64,000 nt of DNA, taken from assembly GCA_032128115.1 (NCBI GenBank), contig JAQBHB010000041.1, forward strand, positions 27,753 through 91,752, given 5' to 3'. Below, piece after piece: positions 46,519 to 54,140 of this stretch (its first letter is position 1; every line of letters begins with the position of its first letter). The notes beneath the pieces were generated by a model. The model did not search any database, was not told the DNA's origin, and worked only from the letters and a program-made list of their open reading frames with translations. This DNA is from Deltaproteobacteria bacterium. Its GTDB lineage: Bacteria; Myxococcota_A; UBA9160; SMWR01. Position numbers and translations under genes: made by a program.

Positions 46519-47759
46519 GCGCGGCAGCGTCGGCGGCACCTCCCTTCGATCCGGAGCGGGTGCGCGCCGAGTTCCCGATCCTGCAGCGGAAGATCCACGG
46601 CAACCCCCTGGTGTTCCTGGACAGCGCTGCCAGCGCCCAGAAACCGGCGCTGGTGATCGACGCCATGTCGCGCTTCTACGCCAACGACTACGCCAACATC
46701 CACCGGGGCGTCTACGAACTCTCGGAGCGCGCCACCCAGGCTTTCGAAGCCGCACGGGAGAGCGCGCGAGCGTTCCTCGACGCGAGCGAGAGCCGCGAGA
46801 TCGTGTTCGTGCGAGGCACCAGCGAGGCCATCAACCTGGTGGCCCAGACCTTCGGCCGCACCCACGTGGGAGCCGGAGACGAGGTGCTCATCACGCACAT
46901 GGAGCATCACTCGAACATCGTGCCCTGGCAGATGCTGTGCCGCGAGAAGGGTGCGGTGCTCAGGGTGGCGCCCATCGACGACCGCGGCGCCCTGCGCATG
47001 CATGAATTCGAGAAGCTGCTGGGCGACAGGACCCGGATCGTCGCCATCACCCACGTCTCGAACGCCCTGGGTAGCGTGAACCCGGTGAGGGAGATCGTGC
47101 GCCTGGCCCACGCGCGGGGAATCCCGGTGCTGGTGGACGGCGCCCAGGCGGTACCGCACCAGCGGGTGAGCGTTCGGGATCTGGACGCGGATTTCTATGC
47201 CTTCTCCGGCCACAAGGTCTTCGGGCCGTCCGGTGTGGGGGTCCTGTACGGCAAGGCCGACCTGCTGGAGGCGATGCCTCCCTACCAGGGCGGCGGCGAC
47301 ATGATCCTGTCGGTGTCGTTCGAGGAAACCCTCTACAGGGAGATTCCGCACAAGTTCGAGGCCGGTACCCCGGACATCGCCGGCGTCGTGGGGCTCGGCG
47401 CGGCCCTGGACTGGCTGATGAACCTGGACATGGAGGGCCTGGCCCGCCACGAGGCGGACCTGCTGGAGTACGCCACCCGGAAGCTCTCGAAGCTGCCGGG
47501 ACTGCGCTTCATAGGCACCGCCGAGAAGCGCGCCTCGTTGGTCTCGTTCGTTCTCGACAACGTACACCCCCACGATGTGGGCACGATCCTCGACCGGGAA
47601 GGCATCGCAGTCCGCACCGGGCACCACTGCGCCCAGCCGGTGATGGAGCGTTTCGGCGTCCCCGCCACGGTGCGGGCTTCCTTCTCCCTCTACAACACGC
47701 GAGCCGATGTGGACGCCCTGGTTCGGGGATTGGACAAGGTGTGCGAGGTCTTCGCCTGA
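46515..47759 (+). CDS. sufS: Cysteine desulfurase SufS (class V aminotransferase, group II)
   Basis: The start overlaps the upstream stop (GTGA). Motifs are FLDSAASAQKP, ANIHRGVYELS, FSGHKVFGPSGVGVLYG and RTGHHCAQP. Confidence 0.95.
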   Translation: MSAAASAAPPFDPERVRAEFPILQRKIHGNPLVFLDSAASAQKPALVIDAMSRFYANDYANIHRGVYELSERATQAFEAARESARAFLDASESREIVFVRGTSEAINLVAQTFGRTHVGAGDEVLITHMEHHSNIVPWQMLCREKGAVLRVAPIDDRGALRMHEFEKLLGDRTRIVAITHVSNALGSVNPVREIVRLAHARGIPVLVDGAQAVPHQRVSVRDLDADFYAFSGHKVFGPSGVGVLYGKADLLEAMPPYQGGGDMILSVSFEETLYREIPHKFEAGTPDIAGVVGLGAALDWLMNLDMEGLARHEADLLEYATRKLSKLPGLRFIGTAEKRASLVSFVLDNVHPHDVGTILDREGIAVRTGHHCAQPVMERFGVPATVRASFSLYNTRADVDALVRGLDKVCEVFA

Positions 47760-48211
47760 TGTCGGACCTGCGCGAGCTCTACCAGACGGTGATCCTCGAT
47801 CACAACAAGAACCCCAGGAACTTCCGGACTCCGGAATCGGCCAACCGCACGGCCCGGGGCAACAACCCGCTGTGCGGCGACAAGATCACCGTGCACGCCA
47901 CGGTGGAAGGCGACCGAGTTGCGGATGTCGCATTCGAGGGGTCGGGGTGTGCGATCTCCACCGCCTCGGCGTCGCTCATGACCCAGGCCGTGAAGGGCCT
48001 GTCGCTGGATGAGGCCGAGAAGCTCTTCCGGAGCTTCCACGCCCTGCTCACCACCGACGTCGTGGCGGCCGATGACGCGGCCGAACTGGGGAAACTCGCG
48101 GTGTTTTCGGGAGTGCGCGAATTTCCGATTCGCGTCAAGTGCGCGACCCTGGCCTGGCACACCCTGCGCGCGGCCCTGGCCGGGGAGAGCGACAGCGTGA
48201 GCACCGAGTAG
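47759..48211 (+). CDS. sufU: SufU/IscU-like zinc-dependent sulfur transfer protein
   Basis: The ATG at 47759 overlaps the sufS TGA by 1 nt. Motifs are LYQTVILDHNKNPRNF, NPLCGDKI, GSGCAIS and CATLAW. Confidence 0.9.
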   Translation: MSDLRELYQTVILDHNKNPRNFRTPESANRTARGNNPLCGDKITVHATVEGDRVADVAFEGSGCAISTASASLMTQAVKGLSLDEAEKLFRSFHALLTTDVVAADDAAELGKLAVFSGVREFPIRVKCATLAWHTLRAALAGESDSVSTE

Positions 48212-48253
48212 GGAGCGGAATCGGAAGCGGAATCGGAAGCGGAATCGGAAGCG
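48212..48253. repeat. 12-bp x ~3.5 tandem repeat (GAAGCGGAATCG) between sufU and the DUF59 gene
   Basis: GGAGCGGAATCG, GAAGCGGAATCG, GAAGCGGAATCG, then a partial GAAGCG. It starts directly after the sufU TAG (48209-11) and ends just before the AGGGAGG RBS. Confidence 0.9.
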
Positions 48254-48268
48254 AACAGGGAGGTTTCC

Positions 48269-48601
48269 ATGGACGAAAACGCCAGCACCAACACACCGGA
48301 TGCGATCCGCGAGCGCATCGTCGATCAGCTGCGCACGGTCTTCGACCCGGAGATCCCGGTCAACATCTACGAGCTGGGCCTCATCTACGAGATCGACGTG
48401 CAGACGGGCGGCGCCACCCACATCCGCATGACCCTCACGTCGCCCATGTGTCCGGCGGCGGGGGAGCTGCCGCCGGAGGTGGAGACCAAGGCGCGGGCGG
48501 CGGGCGGAGTCACGTCGGTGCAGCTCGACCTGGTGTGGGATCCGCCCTGGAATCCGGACATGATGTCCGAAGCCGCCAGGCTCGAGCTCGGGATGTCCTA
48601 G
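48269..48601 (+). CDS. sufT: DUF59 / SufT-like Fe-S assembly protein
   Basis: 110 aa, with DPEIPVNIYELGLIY and TLTSPMCPAAGELP, as in the MIP18/SufT family. Confidence 0.8.
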   Translation: MDENASTNTPDAIRERIVDQLRTVFDPEIPVNIYELGLIYEIDVQTGGATHIRMTLTSPMCPAAGELPPEVETKARAAGGVTSVQLDLVWDPPWNPDMMSEAARLELGMS

Positions 48602-48716
48602 GCTGACCCCCGGGACGCGCTAGAGGCAGAGGTTCCGGAGCAGCACTTCAGTTGAACGACTTATGCGTGGGGAAGACCATGATGATCACCCCCGCGCCGA
48701 ACGAAACCAGCGCGCG

Positions 48717-50171
48717 CTAGCGAAGGAGCGAGTCGCCGAGCAGGCCCGCAGTGGTCAGGACGGCGAAGCCGACTCCGAAAGCGAGGGTCTCGTGCGCCAC
48801 GCGCGCGTCGATCCGCCGCATGGTGAAGATCGACAGGGCCACGGCCGCGACGATCCACGCGTTCAGGAAGAAACGCGCGGCGAAGCCCATCGACACGCCC
48901 GCCGTTTCCCACTGCACGCCGGCCGTCACCGCCAGCAGTAAGGCGGCCAGCAGGAATCCCAGGCGCAGCGCCAACGGGATCTTGCGCCAGGTCCGTGCCA
49001 ACGCCCCAGGCTCGCGTGGCGGCGACTCCTCTCGCTGCGCCTGCTCCAACACCTCGCCAGGCGTTTCGGAGTCGGCGCCACCCTCTGCGAAAGGCCCCAG
49101 TCGCCGGCGCGCCAGCTCGGCCGTGGCGAGATCCTGGAACTCGTCGTTGTCGGCCATCACCAGATCCACCATGCCTACGTAGCCGTAGGGCAGGAGCGGG
49201 GCCTCCTCGACCACGCGCAGCTGGTGGAAGGCGCGCGCTGGCCAGGCGTGGTGATCGGCGTGACGGGTGAGGCCGATGAGTCCGTAGTAGGTGGTCCAGG
49301 CGTGGGTGTCCCAGGAGTCGGCGTGGCGGACCCGCGGACCCCGGCGGACCAACCCCCAGTGCTCGAAGTAGTTGACGGCCTCGAGCAATCTCACCGCGGT
49401 GAAGGCCTGGAGCACGAAGGCGAAGAGCGCAGCGCCGCCGAACGCCAGGAAGACCACCGCGGCCAGCCCCCACTCGACCGCCAGACCGTGCAGCACGCGG
49501 TTCCCGAGCGTTCGCCGGTCCCAGAGCTTCATGTCGGGGTCGCCGAGGCGCTTCGCCTCGAGCCGCCACGCACTGCGAAACTGGCTCGGGACGGTGCGAC
49601 GAAAGAAGGCCTCGTAGGCCTCGCCGAAGCGAGCACTCGCCGGATCGTCCGGGGTACCCACACGCACGTGGTGTCCGCGCAGGTGCTCGGTGAAGAAATG
49701 CTCGTAGAGGACGCTGCAAAGCAGAAGCCGCCCGAGCCGCTGCTCCCAGGGCTTGCGACGATGAATGAGCTCGTGGGCGGTGACGATCGAGAAGCCCGAG
49801 CTCGAGCCGATCACGAGAAAGACCATCACCATGTCCACGGAGAAGATCCCCTGGACCGAGAAGAACCGGACCAGCTCGAAGACGACCAGGAACTGGAGGC
49901 CGGCGAGGGCGTAGACCAGCAGATCGAACGGCCAGGCGGGAAGCGATTCGGGGGGCTGCCGGCGCTCGGCTCTCGCTGCACAGTCGAGCTGGTGAACCGC
50001 GACCAGGGGCAGCATGAAGAGGGCCGCGATGTACCAGGGATGGGGCCCCGTCCACAGGAAGGCGAGCGAGAGGCCGGGGAAGAACAGCGAGACCAGGTGG
50101 CGGAGCCAGAGGCCCGCCACGGCTCGCGAGTCGCTCTCGATCTCTTCGGCGGGAGCTGTCGGAGAGGTCAT
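48717..50171 (-). CDS. alkB: AlkB-like integral-membrane alkane 1-monooxygenase / fatty-acid-desaturase-family hydroxylase with an extra C-terminal TM region
   Basis: All four AlkB motifs are present: HELIHR, EHLRGHH, NYFEHWGL, LTRHADHHA. A ~130-aa C-terminal extension carries about 3 further hydrophobic helices. Confidence 0.8.
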   Translation of the reverse strand: MTSPTAPAEEIESDSRAVAGLWLRHLVSLFFPGLSLAFLWTGPHPWYIAALFMLPLVAVHQLDCAARAERRQPPESLPAWPFDLLVYALAGLQFLVVFELVRFFSVQGIFSVDMVMVFLVIGSSSGFSIVTAHELIHRRKPWEQRLGRLLLCSVLYEHFFTEHLRGHHVRVGTPDDPASARFGEAYEAFFRRTVPSQFRSAWRLEAKRLGDPDMKLWDRRTLGNRVLHGLAVEWGLAAVVFLAFGGAALFAFVLQAFTAVRLLEAVNYFEHWGLVRRGPRVRHADSWDTHAWTTYYGLIGLTRHADHHAWPARAFHQLRVVEEAPLLPYGYVGMVDLVMADNDEFQDLATAELARRRLGPFAEGGADSETPGEVLEQAQREESPPREPGALARTWRKIPLALRLGFLLAALLLAVTAGVQWETAGVSMGFAARFFLNAWIVAAVALSIFTMRRIDARVAHETLAFGVGFAVLTTAGLLGDSLLR

Positions 50172-50389
50172 GACGAGCTCAATCTACCCGCAGGATCTTC
50201 TCGCGCTGAAAGCGCAACAGCTCGGATACGGCCTCGACAAACCGGGGCTTGGCACGTGCGCCCGCGCTCGCCGCTCGCGATGACCTCGTCCCGGGACGGC
50301 TGCGCCGCACTCGGCCATCCGGCCAGCAGCACCGCCAGGGCTACCCCCGCGGCTGCTCCGACGCGGCGAATCGACCTCGGGATCGTCAT
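50168..50389 (-). CDS. Possible small signal-peptide protein translationally coupled to alkB
   Basis: The 73-aa ORF's stop overlaps the alkB ATG (ATGA). The N-terminus is signal-like (RRVGAAAGVALAVLLAGWPSAAQP). No homology is recognised, and it could be spurious. Confidence 0.25.
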   Translation of the reverse strand: MTIPRSIRRVGAAAGVALAVLLAGWPSAAQPSRDEVIASGERGRTCQAPVCRGRIRAVALSAREDPAGRLSSS

Positions 50390-50549
50390 ATCGCCTCCCA
50401 GCAGGGGGTATAGCGAATCCCTTCGACCGGATTCGAGGCCACCCCGCTGCTGTGGGTGGGCTCTCTCGTATCAGGGTTGCTGCAGATCTCTTGCCGATCG
50501 AATCGCTCTCGTCGTAGAATCGCCGGAGTCACTGCATCCGCGAGATCTC

Positions 50550-51377
50550 GTGTTCCGCGTTGGCGTCGGCCTCCTGGTTGCATCCCTCGGAATCCACATG
50601 GTTGCCTGGAACTGGCTCGCGGGGAAGGTGATCTTCCAGCCCACGTCCGGCATCGACCTCCGCCCCGAGATGCTGGGAATCGACGGCGACGAGGTGTTCC
50701 TCACCAGTGAGGACGGCACCCGGCTCCACGGGTTCTTCGTGGCATCTCCCGCCGCCACCCGCGCCATCCTGTTCCTGCACGGCAACGCCGGCAACGCCTC
50801 CCACCGGCTTCCCAATGCGGCGGAGCTTGCGAAGCTGGGCGCGGCCGTGCTGGTGCCGGACTACCGGGGTTACGGAATGAGCGAGGGCACGCCCAGCGAA
50901 GCCGGCTGCTACGCCGACGCCAGGGCCGCATTGGAGGATCTCGTTGGACGCGGCTTCCCGGAGAACCGCATCGTGCTGTTCGGCCGATCCCTGGGCGCCG
51001 CCGTCGCCGTCGACCTGGCCCAGGACCGGGAGATCGCCGGAGTCATCCTGGAGAGCACCTTCACGTCGGCGGCGGACGTGGCGCGGCGGGCCTTCGGAGC
51101 CCCCATGGCGCTTCTGCTGCGCGGCGTGCTGGCGTCGGACTCGAAGATCGAACGGGTGCGCGCGCCGCTGTTGTTCTTTCACGGCGATCGCGATCGCGTG
51201 ATCGACTTCGAGCTCGGACGGGCACTGTTCGACAGCGCCCCCGAACCCAAGAGCTTCGAGACAATCGCCGGCGCGGGACACAATGACACCACCCACGTGG
51301 GCGGACACGCCTACTTCGAACGGATCCGGCGCTTCCTGGACCAGGTGGCGCCGGAGATTCCGGAGGCCACTCCATGA
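50550..51377 (+). CDS. Alpha/beta hydrolase (BEM46/ABHD-like)
   Basis: Only the C-terminal ~275 aa of ORF 49224..51377 looks real. GTG at 50550 precedes a TM helix, then ILFLHGNAGN, the nucleophile elbow GRSLGAA, and FFHGDRDRVI...GHND. Confidence 0.75.
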   Translation: MFRVGVGLLVASLGIHMVAWNWLAGKVIFQPTSGIDLRPEMLGIDGDEVFLTSEDGTRLHGFFVASPAATRAILFLHGNAGNASHRLPNAAELAKLGAAVLVPDYRGYGMSEGTPSEAGCYADARAALEDLVGRGFPENRIVLFGRSLGAAVAVDLAQDREIAGVILESTFTSAADVARRAFGAPMALLLRGVLASDSKIERVRAPLLFFHGDRDRVIDFELGRALFDSAPEPKSFETIAGAGHNDTTHVGGHAYFERIRRFLDQVAPEIPEATP

Positions 51378-52387
51378 CGCGACTCCCCGCCGAGGACGGC
51401 TTTTCCATGCCGGCCGAATGGGAGCCGCACCGGCGTTGCTGGATGGTCTGGCCGTGCCAGCCCGATACCTTCTCCGATCTGGAGGCGGCGCGGGGCGACT
51501 ACGTGGGGGTGGCGCAGGCGATTGCACGCTTCGAACCCACCGCCATGGTCGCTACCCCCGACGACACGGACGATGCGCGCCGCCGCTGTGGTGACGGTAT
51601 CGACGTCGTCACCCTCTACACCGAGGACTCCTGGGTGCGCGACACCGGCCCCACCTTCCTGGTGGACGGACGCGGGAATCTGGCCGGCATCGACTGGCCC
51701 TTCAACGGCTATGGAGAACTCTACGCCGAATACCAGGAGGACGCGGCGCTGGCCGCGCGCATGCTTGCGCACGAGAAGCTGCGCCGTTTCGAGGGCCCGA
51801 TCCACCTGGAAGGAGGCGCCATCCACACGGACGGGCAGGGGACGCTGCTCACCACGGAGAGCGTGGTGTTGAACCCGAACCGAAACCCGGGCCTCACACG
51901 CAAAGAGGCCGACGAGATCTTCCGGGCCTTCCTGGGCATTTCGAAGGTGATCTGGCTGGAGGCGGCCCTGGAGTTCGACGACACCGGCGGCCACATCGAC
52001 AACCTGGCCTGCTTCGTGCGACCCGGCGTGGTGGCCGCACTCAGCGAGGTGGACCCGGAGGATTCCCAGTACGAAGGACTTCGGAACAACCTGCAGCATC
52101 TTCGCGCGGCCACGGACGCCTCGGGGCGTCCTCTCGAGATCCTGGAAATCCAGCAGCCCCCGCGCCAGGACTTCGACGGCCACCGGCTGGCCCTGTCGTA
52201 CATCAACCACTACATCGCCAACGGCGGCGTGGTCTACCCGGCCTACGGGGTGCCGGCGGACGAGGAGGCCCGGGAGGCGCTCCAGAAGGCCTATCCGGAT
52301 CGCGAGATCGTGGCGGCCCCCTCCCAGGAGGTCATCAAGGGAGGCGGATCGGTACACTGCATCACACAGCAGGAGCCGCTGCCGTAG
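51374..52387 (+). CDS. aguA: Agmatine deiminase
   Basis: The start overlaps the upstream stop (ATGA). Motifs are MPAEWEPH, DSWVRDTGPTF and the C-terminal GGSVHCITQQEP. Confidence 0.9.
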   Translation: MTRLPAEDGFSMPAEWEPHRRCWMVWPCQPDTFSDLEAARGDYVGVAQAIARFEPTAMVATPDDTDDARRRCGDGIDVVTLYTEDSWVRDTGPTFLVDGRGNLAGIDWPFNGYGELYAEYQEDAALAARMLAHEKLRRFEGPIHLEGGAIHTDGQGTLLTTESVVLNPNRNPGLTRKEADEIFRAFLGISKVIWLEAALEFDDTGGHIDNLACFVRPGVVAALSEVDPEDSQYEGLRNNLQHLRAATDASGRPLEILEIQQPPRQDFDGHRLALSYINHYIANGGVVYPAYGVPADEEAREALQKAYPDREIVAAPSQEVIKGGGSVHCITQQEPLP

Positions 52388-52427
52388 TGACGGGCAGGGC
52401 ACTCGCGGACCGCGGAGAGGGGCGAGC

Positions 52428-53300
52428 ATGAGAAAGGTCACCGTTGCGGCAACCCAGATGGCGTGCAGCTGGGATACGGACGCCAACGTCGAGCGCGCCA
52501 TGGACCTGGTGCGCGAGGCGGCGGGCCGGGGCGCGAACATCATCTTGATCCAGGAACTCTTCGAGACCCCGTACTTTCCGGCCGAAGAGAAGCCCGAGCA
52601 TTTCTCGCTGGCGCGCCCCGTGGAGAACCACCCCACTCTCGCGAAGATGGCCGAGTTGGCGCGAGAGCTCGAAGTGGTTCTGCCCGTGAGTTTCTTCGAG
52701 CGCGCGGGAAACGCCTACTTCAATGCGGTGGCCATCGTGGATGCGGACGGCTCGACCCTGGGCGTCTATCGCAAGAGTCACATCCCGGACGGCCCGGGCT
52801 ACGAGGAAAAATACTACTTCACCCCGGGAAACACGGGCTTCAAGGTCTGGAATACCCGCTACGCCAGAATTGGAGTTGCCGTCTGCTGGGACCAGTGGTT
52901 CCCCGAGTGCGCGCGGGCCATGGCCCTGCAGGATGCGGAGATCTTCTTCTACCCCACCGCCATCGGCGACGAGCCGTTCGACGATTTCGACTCCAAGGCC
53001 GCGTGGCAGCATGTCATGCAGGGACACGCGGCGGCCAACGTGGTGCCGGTGATCGCCTCCAACCGGATCGGCGCCGAGAAGTCGAACTCCCACACGCTCA
53101 CGTTCTACGGATCATCGTTCATCGCGGACGGATCCGGGAATCTGGTGGAGGAGGCGGGCCGCGAGGAGCAGGCGGTGCTCACCCATACCTTCGATCTGGA
53201 TGCGCTGCGGGAGAACCGGTCCTCCTCGGGATTCTTCCGGGACCGTCGGACCGACCTGTACCGCTCGCTCCTGACGATGGATGGCCAGACACCTCGCTAG
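52428..53300 (+). CDS. aguB: N-carbamoylputrescine amidase (nitrilase superfamily)
   Basis: Motifs are VAATQMACSWD, LIQELFETPYF, YRKSHIPDGPGYEEKYYFTPG and the catalytic Cys context GVAVCWDQWFPE. Confidence 0.9.
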   Translation: MRKVTVAATQMACSWDTDANVERAMDLVREAAGRGANIILIQELFETPYFPAEEKPEHFSLARPVENHPTLAKMAELARELEVVLPVSFFERAGNAYFNAVAIVDADGSTLGVYRKSHIPDGPGYEEKYYFTPGNTGFKVWNTRYARIGVAVCWDQWFPECARAMALQDAEIFFYPTAIGDEPFDDFDSKAAWQHVMQGHAAANVVPVIASNRIGAEKSNSHTLTFYGSSFIADGSGNLVEEAGREEQAVLTHTFDLDALRENRSSSGFFRDRRTDLYRSLLTMDGQTPR

Positions 53301-53321
53301 TTCACTGAACCCGCGCCAGTT

Positions 53322-53359
53322 CACAGGGCTGCGCTCACCCCACAGGGCTGCGCTCACCC
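53322..53359. repeat. 19-bp x2 perfect tandem duplication spanning the yqeC-like stop codon
   Basis: CACAGGGCTGCGCTCACCC occurs twice in direct succession. The second copy contains the TCA stop (53354-56) of the minus-strand gene. Confidence 0.9.
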
Positions 53360-54127
53360 GCGTGTGCACCACTCCCAGAAGCCCCGATCCGGGTCGGCGG
53401 GCCGCAGGGCCCCGATGACCACGCGCTCCACCCGGGGTTCGCGAAGAACGAGACGCGCCACTTCGTGCGCGGTCTCCCGCTGGGATTCGGACTCCACCTT
53501 GTTGAGAAGCAACGCCACGCGTGCATTCGGGGGGGCGCTCTTGAGACCGCCCCGGGGCGAGGTGAGGAGAACGGCCAGCGCCTCGGGGGTGAGGGTGCGA
53601 TCCGCTCCGAGACCGGTGATGGACGCCACGCGCTCGGGCCGGTGGGCTACCTGGTCGATGGGTGCCGACAGGGCGTCGATGCCCGCCACCAGCACCACCA
53701 GGCTCGCCTCCGCGGGAATCACCGGCTCGTGGTCGCCCGGGGCCTTCACGGGCCGCATGCGCGAGCCGTCGGACTCCACCAGCACCCAGGCGACCCGCGG
53801 GTGAGACAGCCACTGTGCCGGAAGCTCCCGCGAAACCCCCACGGCGCGCTCGCCCTCCACGTGGCCCACCACCAGAAGCTGGGATTCCAGTTCGTCCAGG
53901 CGATTGCGCCATCCCGGCTCGTCCAGGCTGCAGGCCGCGTCCGCCAGCTCCATCTGTGTGGCGAAGATGCGCGTGGTGGTAGTGACCACCACTCCGCCGC
54001 CGAGTTCCCGAGCCAGCGCGAACAGGAGACTCGTCTTGCCTCCGCCGCCCACGATGGCCACCAGCTGCTGTGGGCGATCGAGTCCCAACGCAGCGCAGAC
54101 GCGGTCGGCCCTCGAGACTTCGAGCAC
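53354..54127 (-). CDS. yqeC: YqeC-like P-loop accessory protein (family linked to selenium-dependent molybdenum hydroxylases)
   Basis: The QLVAIVGGGGKTSLLFALA P-loop is followed by VVTTTTRIFA, a pattern I recall as YqeC-specific. 257 aa. Confidence 0.65.
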   Translation of the reverse strand: MLEVSRADRVCAALGLDRPQQLVAIVGGGGKTSLLFALARELGGGVVVTTTTRIFATQMELADAACSLDEPGWRNRLDELESQLLVVGHVEGERAVGVSRELPAQWLSHPRVAWVLVESDGSRMRPVKAPGDHEPVIPAEASLVVLVAGIDALSAPIDQVAHRPERVASITGLGADRTLTPEALAVLLTSPRGGLKSAPPNARVALLLNKVESESQRETAHEVARLVLREPRVERVVIGALRPADPDRGFWEWCTRG

Positions 54128-54140
54128 GAGAGGTTCGCGC

